NCBI GenBank assembly: GCA_963734535.1
Contig: CAVTHS010000010.1
Coordinates: forward strand, 64,001 to 128,000
DNA length: 64,000 nucleotides
Direction: 5' to 3'
Source of the DNA: an uncultured Chloroflexia bacterium
GTDB taxonomy: Bacteria; Chloroflexota; Limnocylindria; Limnocylindrales; CSP1-4
Shown here: in pieces, positions 38,159-50,120 of the stretch
Position numbering within the stretch: position 1 is the first letter of the stretch
Layout of the letters: the number at the start of each line of letters is the position of its first letter
Notes under the pieces: model-generated
What the model was told of the DNA's origin: nothing
What the model saw: only the letters and a program-made list of their open reading frames with translations
Databases searched by the model: none
Translations under genes and position numbers: made by a program

Positions 38159-39845
38159 TCACCGCCCGAAGGACGACCATGCTATCACGTCCCAGAAGCG
38201 GCCACTCGGATCGGCGACGGGTGCGGGCCGCGGGCCGACGAGCCGGTCCGACACGACGAAGACGGTGTCACGGAAGAAGAGCGGCAGGACCGGCTCGAGC
38301 GTTCCCAGGAGCGTCTGGAGGCGCGCGTAGGCCGCGCCCCGCGCAGCGTCGGTCCCGGGCGCCCGGGCCGCGACGAGCGCGGCGTCGAGGGCAGGATCCT
38401 GGAAGCCCGAGACGTTCGAACCCCCGGCCTGGACCTGGGCGCTCGCGAGCAGCGGATATGGGTCCGGGTCCAGCCCCACGTTGACGTCGGCAACCGCGGC
38501 CACGAAGTCACCGGACCGGAGGCGCTCCACGAGGGCGCCGGCCGCCAGCGGCGCGACCGTCGTGGGGATCCCGAGCGACGTCCATGCCGCTGCGATCCGC
38601 GTGGCGGCGCCGGCGGCGACGGGGTTGACGGAGGCGCCGGCCGTGAGCAGCTGGATCGTCAGTGTCTTCTTCGCCCGCGGAGGCAGCCATCCGGCGGCGG
38701 TCTTCGTCCAGCCGGCCGCCTTGAGGCCGGCAGCCGCCGCCTTCCGGTCGAACGCGACGACCGGAGCCGCCTTCGGGTCGTACGCCCACGACGAAGGCGG
38801 GATCGGCGTGCTGGCGAGCTGGCCCGGACCCGCCCAGCAGGTCGGTGACCAGGCGGCCACGATCGACCGCCGCGAGGAGCGCGGTCCGGACCCGCGCGTC
38901 GGCGAACGGACCGGCCCCCGGCCGCAGGTTGAGGAAGACGCCGGTCAGGGTCGTGCCCGGATAGTCGATCCGGCGTGTCGCCGGTTCTCCGGCGAGGCCT
39001 GACGCGGCGAGCGCCGGAAGGCCCGATACCGCGTCCACCTCTCCGGCCCGATATGCCGCGATCGCGTCGTCGGGTCCGGCGTAGAAGCGCAGCTCGAGTC
39101 CGGCCAGCAGCGGACGCCCCGGCGGGAGCGTCCCCGAATCGACCGTCGCGAGCGGTCCCGAACCCCGGTCGAAGGGCGCCAGGACGGGCACCAGGGTCGC
39201 GGCCTCCGGTGTGAGGTCGGTCAGCGCGAACGGCCCGTTGCCGACCGGGCGCGACGAGAACGGTGCGTCGGCAAGCTCGGCGACGGGCGTGTTCGCGAGC
39301 AGGTGGGCCGGCAGGAGCGGCTGTGCGGCCGCCTGCAGGAACCCACCGAGCGGGACGGAGAGATCGAAGCGAACCGTGGTCGGATCGAGCGCGGTCGCCG
39401 TGACACCCTGCCAGCCGGCGGACAGCGGCCCGGTGTAGGCCGGGTCCTGGAGCACGTGCACGGTGTAGACCACGTCGTCGCTCGTCACCGGGACACCGTC
39501 CTGCCAGGAGGCGTCCGGCCGGAGCCGGAACGTCCATCGCGCGCCCTTCGCCTCGACCGTCCAGCCGGCGGCAAGATCGGCGATCGGCCGTCCGTCCTGG
39601 CCGGGGCGCACCAGCCCGCGGAAGAGGAGCGCGACCAGGTCACGGTCGGCCTGGGTCCGTGCCGTCACGGGGTTGACCGAGCTGGGCAGGCCGACCACGG
39701 CCTCCCGGTGGATCGGGATCGGCGGCGGGGTCGGCGTCGCCAGCGGCGCGGCGACCGGCGTGAAGGCGGGGGCGGCGATGGCCCCGCCGAGCACCGCGAG
39801 GACGACGACGAGGACGAGGACGACCGCCGCGTCGCGACGGCTCAC
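38159..39845 (-). CDS. Peptide/nickel ABC substrate-binding protein, family 5 (frameshift near 38825)
   Basis: LLFRGLV, ADLA, WQDGVPVTSDDVVYT, PVGNGPF, FADARVR; C-terminal part in a second frame. Confidence 0.87.
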
Positions 39846-39869
39846 GCGAGAGCGGCCGGAGCGCGGCGG

Positions 39870-40103
39870 CTAGACGACCGCGGTCGGGGCGAAGACGTAG
39901 CTCGCCAGCGAGAAGACGGCGAAGAGGATCGCCAGGATGATCGTGAACTGCCACAGGCGTCGCTCGACGCCGCGCCGGCTCCGGTACACCGCGGAGTCAC
40001 CGCCGAAGGCCCCGGACAGCCCGGTCCCGCGCGCCTGGAGCAGCACGGAGGCGATCAGGCCGATGCTGACGATGATCTGGCCGATGGCCAGGAACGTGTT
40101 CAC
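39870..40103 (-). CDS. secG: Preprotein translocase subunit SecG
   Basis: [19 protein letters not shown]...[12 protein letters not shown]; own GGAGG SD and GTG start. Confidence 0.93.
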   Translation of the reverse strand: MNTFLAIGQIIVSIGLIASVLLQARGTGLSGAFGGDSAVYRSRRGVERRLWQFTIILAILFAVFSLASYVFAPTAVV

Positions 40104-40210
40104 TCTGGGAAGATCCTCCAGCGGGCGGGGCGCGGGCGATCGTAGCACAGGCGGCGCTTCGCCCGCGGTCTCGTGCTCCTTGGCGGTCGGCCGCGAGGTG
40201 TGCGCCGCGG

Positions 40211-40967
40211 TCAGCCGGCCGGCTTCGCGGTCCCCTGTGCCGCGACGGCGGCCATCGCCGCGGCCACCCGCGACGCATCGCCGAGGTAGCGCGAGCCGAG
40301 CGGCCGGAGCGCAGTCGTCGAGGTCGTACACGAGCGGCACGCCGGTCGGGATGTTGAGGCCCACGATCTCGTCGTCGGAGATCCCGTCGAGGTACTTCAC
40401 GAGCGCCCGGATGCTGTTGCCGTGGGCAGCCACGAGGACCCGCTTTCCTGCCCGCAGGTCGGGCGCGATCGACGACTCCCAGTAGGGCAGGAACCGGGCG
40501 ACGGTGTCCTTGAGCGACTCCGCGCGCGGAATGTCGGCGTCGGCCATGTCGGCGTAGCGCGGGTCCCGGCCGGGGAATCGCTCGTCGTCGTCGGTCAGCG
40601 CCGGGGGCGGGACGTCGTAGCTCCGCCGCCAGAGCTTCACCTGTGCATCGCCGAACTGGACGGCCATCTCGGCCTTGTTGAGGCCCTGCAAGGCCCCGTA
40701 GTGGCGCTCGTTGAGGCGCCAGCTGTTGCGGACCGGGCACCACATCTGGTCGAGCTCGTCGAGGGCGATCCAGAGCGTCCGGATCGCCCGCTTCAGGACG
40801 GACGTGTGGGCGACGTCGAACCGGAACGACTCCTCGCGCAGGAGCCGGCCCGCCTCGTGCGCCTCGACGAGGCCGGTCTCCGAGAGGTCGACGTCGGTCC
40901 ACCCGGTGAACCGGTTCTCCTTGTTCCAGGTGCTCTCGCCGTGGCGCAGAAGGACGAGGGTGGGCAT
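40211..40967 (-). CDS. gpmA: 2,3-BPG-dependent phosphoglycerate mutase (frameshift near 40314)
   Basis: [36 protein letters not shown]; tail YLGD...AVAAQG* in a shifted frame. Confidence 0.94.
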
Positions 40968-40991
40968 GGGACGGCTCCTGGTCGCAGCAGG

Positions 40992-41777
40992 TCAGGAAAC
41001 GGCGCGGCGTGCCGCGGCGGTGAGCGCGGCCCGGGCGACCATGCCGGCCATCTCGTCGGGCTTGAGCGACGCGCCCCCGACCAGTGCCCCGTCGATGCCG
41101 GGCTCGGCCAGGAACTCGCCGATGCTCGCGCTGGTGCACGACCCGCCGTAGAGGATCGGGACGGCGTCGGCCCGCGGGCCCCAGCCGCTGACCGCGAGCG
41201 TGGCCCGGATCGCGTCCGCCATGGCGGAGGCATCCGCACCGGAGGCGGTTCGGCCGGTGCCGATCGCCCAGACCGGCTCGTAGGCGATGACGATGCCGGC
41301 GGCGAGGAGCGTCTCGGGGTCGTGACCGACGAGGGCGCCGGTCAGCTGGCCCGCGACGACCTCCTGGGCGTGGCCGGCCTCGCGCTCGGCGAGCTGCTCG
41401 CCGACGCACAGGATCGGCCGCAGCCCCGCCTCGACCGCGCGGCCGAGCTTGCGCCCGATCAGGGCATCGGACTCCGCGAAGTCGCGGCGCCGCTCGGAGT
41501 GGCCGAGGATCACCCAGGTGGCCAGGCCCGCGAGCATGGGTGCGCTCACCTCGCCCGTGTAGGCCCCGGCAAGCTCGTGGTGGATGTTCTGGGCGCCGAC
41601 GGCGATCCCCTCCCCGACCACGGCGTCGCGCACGGCCGCGAGGCACATGAATGGCGGGCAGATGACCCGGACCACGCCCGGCTCCGCGATCCGCGACGCG
41701 ATGGTGCGGGCCAGCTCGCCGGCATCCGCGGGGGTGGTGTTCATCTTCCAGTTGGCGGCAACGATCACGTCTCGCAT
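40992..41777 (-). CDS. tpiA: Triosephosphate isomerase
   Basis: AANWKMN, GAYTGEVS, GHSERR, AYEPVWAIGTG, LVGGASL. Confidence 0.97.
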   Translation of the reverse strand: MRDVIVAANWKMNTTPADAGELARTIASRIAEPGVVRVICPPFMCLAAVRDAVVGEGIAVGAQNIHHELAGAYTGEVSAPMLAGLATWVILGHSERRRDFAESDALIGRKLGRAVEAGLRPILCVGEQLAEREAGHAQEVVAGQLTGALVGHDPETLLAAGIVIAYEPVWAIGTGRTASGADASAMADAIRATLAVSGWGPRADAVPILYGGSCTSASIGEFLAEPGIDGALVGGASLKPDEMAGMVARAALTAAARRAVS

Positions 41778-41784
41778 GCCGCCA

Positions 41785-42655
41785 TCATGACACCGGGCGG
41801 CCCGCGCGCGGCGGGGCCGGGCGTCGCCCGACGGCGTGCCATTCGGCCCCGCCCGGGGGATCCGACGGCCCGTCGGCGGGGTGGAGGGCGAGCGCCTCGA
41901 TCCGGTCCAGCGCGCGCTGGACGCGGCCGCGCGGCACGTCCCAGCTCGTCGGCGAGCTCGACCAGCGATGCTTCGGGGATCGCGCGGCGGCGCGCGGCGA
42001 CCGCCCGAACGGCATCCGGCTGGTCGGCCAGCCGACCGTCGGCGTCGAGCGACGGCGATCGCGGCGAGCTGGCGGGCGGCCGCCGCCGCGATCCGATCGA
42101 GGTTCGCCGACTCGGCGTTGAGCAGGCGGTTGAGGTCGCCCCGCACGGCCCGCGAGACCTGCCGGGACTCGAGCTCGAGGACGACGGGCCCGGCCCCGAT
42201 CCAGCGCAGGAAGGTGCCGATCGTCTCGCCGCCCTTCCATGTCACGACCCCGCGCCCTCGCCGCACGCGGACTCCCGCCGGGAGGCCCACACGCGGCGAG
42301 ACGCGCGGCGAGGACGGGCGCCTCGTCGGTCGGCACGACGAACTCCAGGTGGTAGCGGCCCGCGGTGACGGACAGCGAGCCCCGGACCAGGAATCGGCCG
42401 CGCAGGTAGGCGGCCCGACAATGGTCCGCGGCGCCATCCCAGTCGAACACGCGGGCGGCCGCCCCGCGGACCCCGTGCGCGTCGTCCTCGCGCAGCAGCC
42501 GGACCATGAGGCGGGCGAGGGCCGGCCGATCGCCCCGGACGACGGCCGTGCCCGAGCCCGGCAGCCTCGGCGGCCCGGTCGCAGGCGCGCGCCGGCTCGA
42601 CGGCGGCCAGCTCGGCTCGCAGAGCGGCAACGAGGTCGCGGTCGCCGCCGGCCAC
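41785..42655 (-). CDS. whiA: DNA-binding protein WhiA (several frameshifts)
   Basis: AYLRGRFL...YHLEF, NRLLNAESANLDR, C-terminal HTH; follows rapZ-yvcK. Confidence 0.85.
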
Positions 42656-42661
42656 GTCAGG

Positions 42662-43980
42662 TCAGGCGGACCGCGCAACCCCGAGACGCCGTCCCGGGAC
42701 GCCCTCGCGCTGGAGGATCCGGAGCAGCGACGCGGCGAGCAGCTCGGGATCGTGATGGTGCGGGTTCGCGGGATCGACCAGGTCGTCGAGGACGAGCCGC
42801 GGGCGCCGCGCTGCGCCGACCGGCGGCCAGCGGAGCTTCACGGGGACGCCGAGCTCCAGGTCCGGCGACGCTCTCGGCGAGGTGGTTGTTCGCGAGCACG
42901 ATGTCCACCGCGACCGGCCCGAGGTGGGCCACGAGCGCCTCGACGTGGTCGGCAGAGGTCGTAGCCCTCCGTCTCGCCCGCCTGGGTGGCGACGTTGCAG
43001 GCGAAGACGCGCAGGGCCGGCGTCGTCGCGAGCGCGGCGCGGATCTCCGGGACGAGGAGCGGCGGCAGGACGGAGGTGTAGAGGCTGCCCGGGCCGACGA
43101 CCACGAGGTCCGCCTCGGCGATCGCGGCGAGGGCGTCTCGCGAGGCGCGGACATCGGCCGGCGTCCAGCCAGACGGACTCGATGGCTCGCGTCCGCGCGA
43201 TCCGCGACTGGCCCTCGATCAGGGTTCCGTCGCGGAGGCGGGCGTGGAGCACGAGGGGCGTCCCGGAGGCGGGCACGACCCGGCCGCGGACCGCCAGGAC
43301 CCGGTTCATGTGCCGGATCGCCTCCTCGAAGTCGCCCACCGTCGATCGCGTTCATCGCCGCGATCAGGAGGTTGCCCACGGCGTGGCCGGCGAGGTTCCC
43401 CTCGTCCTGGGTGAAGCGGTACTGGAGCAGCCTGGCCATCGCCGGCTCGGTCTCCGCGAGCGCCGCCAGGCAGTTGCGGATGTCCCCGACTGCGGCGATC
43501 CCCAGCTGCTCGCGCAGGCGGCCGCTGGAGCCCCCGTCGTCGGCGACCGAGACGATGGCCGTGATGTTCGCTGAGCGCTCCTTGAGGCCGCGCAGGAGCG
43601 TGGAGAGGCCGGTCCCGCCCCCGATGGCAACGACCCGCGGGCCGCGGGCCAGGAGGCGGCGCCGATAGACGAGGTCCACGAGCGGCTCCTCGCCGCTCTC
43701 GGTGAACGGGCCGAGGAGGGCTCGCACGACTCGGTACGACCCGTAGGCGAACAGGAAGATGCCGAGGCCGAGGAGCACGCGCGGCACGGATCCAGTACGG
43801 GAGGAACTGGAGCGTGACGAGCGAGACGGTCGCCTGCAGCGGGCCCCCGACCTCGACGTCGCGGTAGAGCTGGCGGAGCGCCAGCGCGCCGGCGAGCGCG
43901 AGCGCGGTCAGGCCCACGAACGCGACGCCCAGCCAGCGCTTGACCCCGATCCCCGGCCGGAGCCAGCGGCGAAGGTTCAT
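42662..43980 (-). CDS. yvcK: YvcK/GlmR family protein with N-terminal TM segment (several frameshifts)
   Basis: RWLRPGIGVKRW, AIGGGTGLS, ADDGGSSG, GDIRNC, GHAVGNL, GPGSLYTSV, NVATQAGET, HHD. Confidence 0.88.
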
Positions 43981-44929
43981 GCGCGCCTCACCCGCGCTCG
44001 AGCTCGCGATGGAAGACGCTGACCGGGCCGTGGCCCCGCGCCTCGAGCCAGGCGCCGATCTCCTCGGCCAGCGCGATCGAGCGGTGGAATCCGCCGGTGC
44101 ACCCGATCCCGATCGTGAGCCGCGTCTTGCCCTCGGCGAGATAGGCCGGCAGGGTCAGGTCCAGGAGCTCCTCGACCGCGGCCAGGAACCGGCGTGCCAG
44201 CGGCTGGTCGAGGACGTACGCCCGGACGCTCGTCCGTCAGGCCGGAGAGACGACGAAGCTCGGGCACGTAGTACGGGTTCTGGAGGAAGCGGACGTCGAA
44301 GACGAGGTCGCACTCGAGCGGCACGCCGAACTTGTAGCCGAAGCTGATCAGCTGGATTGCGAGCTGGTCGGGGTCCACGACCTGCCAGAGCTGGCTGAAG
44401 ATGCGCTCCTTGAGCTCGCGCAGCGAGAGGTCGGACGTGTCGAGGACCACGTCGGCCTCGGCCCGGACCGAGGCGAGCAGGCGGCGCTCCTGCGCGATCG
44501 ACGTGGCGATGCCGCCGGGCCCCGCGAGCGGGTGGCGGTGGCGGCGTCTCGGAGTAGCGGCGGATGAGGGCCTCGTCGCGCGCCTCGAGGAAGAAGACCT
44601 GCGGCCGGATGCCGCGGCCCTCGAGCGCCCCGCGCATCGCCGCGAACGCCACGGACGCGTCGCCCGCCCGCACGTCCAGCACGATCGCGACCCGGTCGAA
44701 GCGGGCGGGCTCGCTCGCGATGAGGTCCGCCAGCCCCGGGAGCAGCTCGCCCGGCAGGTTGTCGACGCAGGCGTAGCCGAGGTCCTCGAAGAGCTTCGTG
44801 GCCGCGGTCTTGCCGGCGCCGGACAGCCCCGACAGGACGACGACGTGCTGTCCGGGCTCGCCGCGGCGCGGCCGACTCGTCGGCGTCCCGCGGCCGGAAC
44901 GGCGTCACCGGCGGCGGCATCTTGCCCAT
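43977..44929 (-). CDS. rapZ: RNase adapter RapZ (several frameshifts)
   Basis: GLSGAGKT, EDLGYACVDNLP, RRYSET, SFGYKFGVP, FDVRFLQNPYY, GCTGG pieces across frames. Confidence 0.88.
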
Positions 44930-44949
44930 GCGCGGAGTCTACGCCGCCC

Positions 44950-45745
44950 TCAGCGGCCACCGACGCGGATCAGGACGATCGAGAACTCGTAGAGCAGGTA
45001 CATGGTGACGCCCGAGCACGATCGGGCTGATCGGGATCGCCGCCAGGCGTCGACGACGGCGCTGATGACCGCGATGGCGAGGATCACGACCCGGCGCGAG
45101 CTGCGCAGGCGGGCGCTGGTGATGATCCCGACCTTGGACGAGCAGGACGAGCACGATCGGGTACTCCATGACGAGGCCGAACACGAGGAAGAGGGTCGTC
45201 ACGAAGCCGAAGTACTCGCTTGCTGTGATCAGCGGCTGAAGGTCGGCCGACGAGAAGCTCAGCAGGAATGTGGAGGCGAAGGGCAGGATCACGTAGGCGA
45301 CGGTGACGCCGATCACGAAGAAGACGATGCGCGAGCGGCGCCCAGGGGCGGGCCATCCGGCGCTCCTCGCGGGTCAGGCCCGGGCGAGATGAACGCGCCA
45401 CAGCTGCCAGACGAGGACGGGCATCGCGAGCACGATCCCGACACGATCGCGAGCTTGAGGTTGATGAAGAAGGCGTCGCCCAGGCCCGGTGTAGACGAGC
45501 GGCTTGGCCAGGTTGAGCGGCGCCTTGAGGAACGTGATGAGCTGGGGCGCGAAGGAGAAGCCGACCACCGAGCCGATCCCGACCGCCAGCAGCGAGATCG
45601 CGATCCGTCGGCGCAGCTCGGAGAGGTGGTCGACGAGCGACATGACGCTCGCCTCGTCGCCGGCGGCGGCCGCCGGCGGCGGGCCGGACGGGACGGGCGG
45701 GGCGAGGCCCCCGACGCCGTCGCGCACGAGATCGGCGTCAGCCAT
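44950..45745 (-). CDS. tatC: Twin-arginine translocase subunit TatC (frameshifts)
   Basis: MSLVDHLSELRRR, WQLW...PGLTREERR, FGLVMEYP, LYE. Confidence 0.9.
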
Positions 45746-45768
45746 GCGAGCGTTCGAGTCGACGAGCG

Positions 45769-46108
45769 CTAGACGCTCGCCTCGGTCGCCGCGTCGGCGG
45801 CCGGCGCGGCGGGATCGGGGGCGACCGTCGCGGCGACCGCCTCCTGCGCAGCCGGGGGCAGGAGCCTGCGCAGCCGGGGCAGGGACGACCGCGGCAGGAA
45901 CCACGGGGGACACCGGGGCAGGGGCCGCAGGCGTCGGCGTGGCCGGGGCGTCGAGCTTGACCGACTCCTGGACGTCGGTGGCCGCCTTGCGAAACTCGCG
46001 AATGCTCTTGCCGAGCGCGGCGCCCACGTCGGGGAGCTTGCCCGGGCCGATGACGAGGAGCGCGATCACGAGGATGATGACCAGCTCGACGGGGCCGATG
46101 TTCGGCAT
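45769..46108 (-). CDS. tatA: Twin-arginine translocase subunit TatA (frameshift in the Pro/Ala tail)
   Basis: IGPVELVIILVIALLVIGPGKLPDVGAALGKSIREFRKA. Confidence 0.92.
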
Positions 46109-46180
46109 CGCGGCGAACCTCTGGCTAGCGGATCCGGACCGCAGCGCCCCTTTGGAAGCGAAGCGCGACTCGCGGCCGTT

Positions 46181-47059
46181 TCAGCGTAGCACAGGCAGTC
46201 GGGCCGCCCACGCACGGGCGCTCTCCGCGAGACGCTCGCCCGGATCGGCCGGCGACCCGGCGACCGGCGCTCCCAGCGCGGCGAGCGCAATGCCCCGCGA
46301 CACGTTGACGAGCAGCCCACCGCCCGGCCGCTCGCCCGCGGGCCCGGCGGTCGCGGTGGCGTGGTCGAGTACGTCGGCGGCTTCGCCGCCCTGGGCGCCC
46401 ACGCCGGGAACGAGGAAGGCCAGGCCGGGCACGATGGCGCGGATGCCGGCCAGCTCCGCGGGTGCCGTCGCGCCCACGACCAGCCCGGCGCGCTCGCCCA
46501 GATCGGCCGCGGCCACCAGCCGGGCAACCCGCCGGTGCAGGGGCTCGGCCGGGAACCCCCGCTCCGGATCAGGGGCGACCACGAGATCCTGGAGCTCGCC
46601 CGCGGCCGGATTGGATGTCCGGCACAGGACGTAGGTGAACCGGTCCGCCCGCGAGAGGAGCGGCGCCAGCGCTCCCAGCCCGAGGTAGGGGTTGGCCGTG
46701 ACGGCGTCAACGCCGAGTCCGTCGAACAGAGAGATCGCCTGGCGCGCGACCGTCGTCTCCACGTCGCCGCGCTTGGCATCGGCAATGACCGGGATGCCGG
46801 CCGGGATCGCCCCACGCACGCGTTCGAGGGCGGCCAAGCCCTGGCTGCCGAACGCCTCGAAGAAGGCGAGGTTCGGCTTCATGGCCGCGGCGAAGGGCGC
46901 GGTGGCCTCGACGATCAGGCGGGCGAATTGCTCGACCCCCGGCAGACCGCCCGGGAATCCATCCGGGATCGCGGTCGGCAGCGGATCGATGCCGACGCAG
47001 AGCACGCTGCCGACGGTCGCCGTCCTGGCTGCCAGGGCGGCGAGATAGGGTGCCGTCAC
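46181..47059 (-). CDS. pyrF: Orotidine-5'-phosphate decarboxylase
   Basis: LCVGIDP, KPNLAFFE, DAKRGD, RTSN, VVGAT, LVPGVGAQGG, NVSR. Confidence 0.94.
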   Translation of the reverse strand: MTAPYLAALAARTATVGSVLCVGIDPLPTAIPDGFPGGLPGVEQFARLIVEATAPFAAAMKPNLAFFEAFGSQGLAALERVRGAIPAGIPVIADAKRGDVETTVARQAISLFDGLGVDAVTANPYLGLGALAPLLSRADRFTYVLCRTSNPAAGELQDLVVAPDPERGFPAEPLHRRVARLVAAADLGERAGLVVGATAPAELAGIRAIVPGLAFLVPGVGAQGGEAADVLDHATATAGPAGERPGGGLLVNVSRGIALAALGAPVAGSPADPGERLAESARAWAARLPVLR

Positions 47060-48290
47060 GATGGGGACGGCGTCGTGCTCGGCCCGGGCGACGGCGAGGC
47101 TGCCGGGATCGGGGCGGGTCCCCACCAGGCGGGACGACTGTTGCCGTCGAGCCCGCTGAACGTGGTGAGCGGATCGGTCTTGACGACCGTGACGGCACCG
47201 GTCCCTGTTCGCTGGAGCGTCGCGAGCTGGACGTCCACGGTCACCCCCGAGAGCCGGAGGAAGGCGAGCTGGGTTCCATCCGGCGACCAGGCGGGCGCAG
47301 ACGACCGGCCGTCGGTGGTCACCCGCGCGATCTCGGCACCCTTCGAGTCGAGGATCACGACGTCGGTGCCGAGGGACGTCGTCCGGACCGCGGCGACGTA
47401 GCGACCGTCGGGCGACCAGGCGGGCGTCGTGTATCCGGCCGACGTGAACGGCGACGTCTTCTTCGTGGCCAGGTTGTACTGCCAGATCGCCGGCGCCCCC
47501 GCGCTCCCGTTGCGCCCGTTCATCACGTACAGGAGCGAAGTACCGTCGGGGCGCCAGGCCGGATCCTGATGGCCGAGGGGCGCGTTCTCCGGCACTCGGG
47601 CGTTCGTCAGCCGCTTCGTCTGGATATCGATGAACTGGAGCACGACGTCGCTCGAGGTCGGGTCGGGCCCGTCCGACACGACGGCGAGGCGGCTGCCGTC
47701 GGGCGAGACGGCCGGGTCGAGGATGAACCAGAACCACGTGTAGGCATTGGCGGGTCCGGTCTTGTAGAGGCCCGACAGGAGGGCCTCGCGGCCCGTCCCG
47801 TCCGGATGGATCCGGGTCAGGACCGGGTACTTGAGGTCGTAGTGCTTGAGGACGCCCTCCGCCGGGAAGTGCCCCTCGTCTCGCGCGTCTCGATGAAGTA
47901 GACCCAGGTCCCGTCGGGCGACCAGGTCGGCTGCGAGTCGCGACCCGTGGTGGTGAGCTGGCGCGCGGTGTTGCCGGTCTGGATCCAGAGGTTGCCGGCC
48001 TTCACGTAGACGAGGGAGCCCTGGATCTGGATGGCGGGGTTGACGTCCGGCGGCGCGCTCGGCGACGGGGTACGGCCGGGCGGCACGTTGCCGCCCCCGC
48101 CGTTCGCGGTCGGACTCCCGAGGAACGGCACGCGGCCGGTCAGCGCGAACACGGTCACGAGCGCCACCACCAGGAGGCCCAGCGTCGAGAGGAGCGGCGC
48201 GACGAACGGAGCGAGGTTCCCGATCCCGTATGGGTCGCGGCCGGTCCGTCGTGCGGACCGGGGTTCCTGCGGGGACGGGTCATCGGTCAG
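47056..48290 (-). CDS. Membrane-anchored TolB-like (PD40 repeat) beta-propeller protein (frameshift near 47870)
   Basis: TM segment, then repeated PTWSPDG/PAWRPDG/PAWSPDG. Confidence 0.8.
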
Positions 48291-50035
48291 GCGTGCACGA
48301 CGGCCGGGAGGGAGCAGCGGCCCCCGCCCCGCGAGCCGCTCGGGCGCGACGTCGATGATGCCGAGCTGGAGGGATTCGAAGCCACCGAACCGTCGGCTCA
48401 TCAGCCGGGCCGCGACGTCGACGCGATCGCCCTCGTGCACGGTGTCGACCAGGTCGCCCCGACCGAACGCGATCCCGTCGAGCACGTCGATCTCGCGGCG
48501 CAACGTCAGCTGGGCGTGGCCACCCGTCGCGGCCCGAATCCGCGTGACGGTGAGTCCGTGGACGCCGACGACCGGGTCCGGATTGCCGGGACCAGTTGGG
48601 GCGAGCGCGGCGAGGTCGCGCAGGAGCGCGTAGTCGACGGATCGGCCGGCAGCGCGAGGTCGAGGATCAGCTGGGGCCGGCGCTCGGCGGGCGGGCGGCA
48701 GCGAGCAGACCGCGCACGCGCTCCGAGAACGCGTCCCAGTTGCGTGCCTCCATCTCGAAGCCGGCGGCACCCCTGTGGCCGCCGTGGCGCAGGAGGAGGT
48801 CCGAGCAGGCCTGGAGCGCGGCCGCGAGATCGTACCCGGCTGGCGCCCGGCAGGAGGCGCGGAGGTGCTCCGCCACCTGCGTCGCGACCAACGCGGGCAG
48901 CCCGGCATCCTCTGCGAGCCGTCCCGCGACAAGGCCGATGATTCCGACCGGCCATGTGCCGCGCACGAGGATCGCCCGGCCGTTCGCCCCGCCGCCGGCC
49001 TCCAGCACGGCGCGTGCCTCGTCGACAGATGCGCGCGACACGTCCCGGCGGACCAGGTTCGCGGCGTCCAGCCGGCGGCATGGACCGCGGCGACGGCCGC
49101 GTCGTCGGTCAGCAGGAGCGCGGCTGCATCGTCGGCATCGCCGACGCGGCCGGCCGCGTTGAGGCGTGGCGCGAGCGCGAAGCCGACCGTCTCGAGCGTG
49201 ACCTCGGTGGCCACAACGCCCGCCGCGGCGAGCAGCGCGACAATCCCGGGCCGTGGCTCGCGGCGGATCCGTTCGAGGCCGAGCCGCGCGATCCCGCGGT
49301 TCTCCCCGAGCACGGGTGCAACGTCCGCCACCGTCCCGATCATGGCAAGGTCGGCGAGGTCCGCGGTCGTTTCCGCGACGGGGATCCCGGCCAGGCGATC
49401 CAGCAGCAGCGCGGCGACCTTGAGGGCGACGCCCGCACCCGTCAGCCGCGCGTCCGGGTACCCGGAGTCGGGACGATGCGGGTTGACGACCGCGAGTGCC
49501 GGCGGCCGCTCGGGGGGTACCGGTGGTGATCGGTGACGATGACGTCGATCCCGGCGTCGCCCGCGGCCGCGATCTCCGCGCCGCTCGAGCTGCCCATGTC
49601 GACGGTGATGATCAGCCGGCGCCCGGCCGCGCGCGCCAGCTCGACCGCCCGCAGCGAGAGCCCGTGGCCGTCGTCCAGGCGGCTGGGGACGTGTGGCGCC
49701 GGATCCATGCCGAGGCGCCGGAGCGCCCGGACCATGATCGCGAGCCCGGTCAGGCCGTCCGCGTCGAAGTCACCGACGACCAGAATGCTCTGCCCCGCGG
49801 CCCGCGCGCGCGCGATGCGCTCGACGGCGACGTCGGCGTCCGGCAGGCACGCCGGGTCGTGCAGCGAATCCATCGCCGGCCCGAAGAAGCGGTCGACCTC
49901 GTCCGGGCCGATCCCGCGCGCGGCCATCACCCGGGCCAGGCGCGCCGATCCTCCGTGGCCACGGATGGCCGCCACGTACGCCTCATCGAGAGGCGCGCGA
50001 CCGGGGTAGACCCAGGTGAACCGCGGCTCGATCAC
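48287..50035 (-). CDS. recJ: ssDNA exonuclease RecJ (several frameshifts)
   Basis: GDFDADG, PSRLDDGHGL, ITVD, TDHH, GTVADV, PRLNAAGR, GGHRGAAG, PTGPGNP. Confidence 0.9.
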
Positions 50036-50120
50036 GGGGCACAGGATGGCGCGGGTGCCTTATGCGGGCATTTGCGCCGGCTGGCTGGCCGGGCCGGCGG
50101 GACGACGCCGCCCAGCCGGG

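Noticed and set aside
39870-40967. Apparent GpmA-SecG fusion ORF (365 aa)
   Set aside because: The real GpmA tail (YLGD...AVAAQG*) is in another frame after an indel near 40314, and secG has its own SD and GTG start.
45374-46108. Apparent TatA-TatC fusion
   Set aside because: A frameshift in the TatA Pro/Ala tail bypasses the TAG at 45769; TatC has its own ATG at 45745.
47817-49343. Apparent RecJ-TolB-like fusion
   Set aside because: The region is riddled with indels and the ORF wanders in and out of the RecJ frame; two genes meeting at about 48287-48290 is more plausible.
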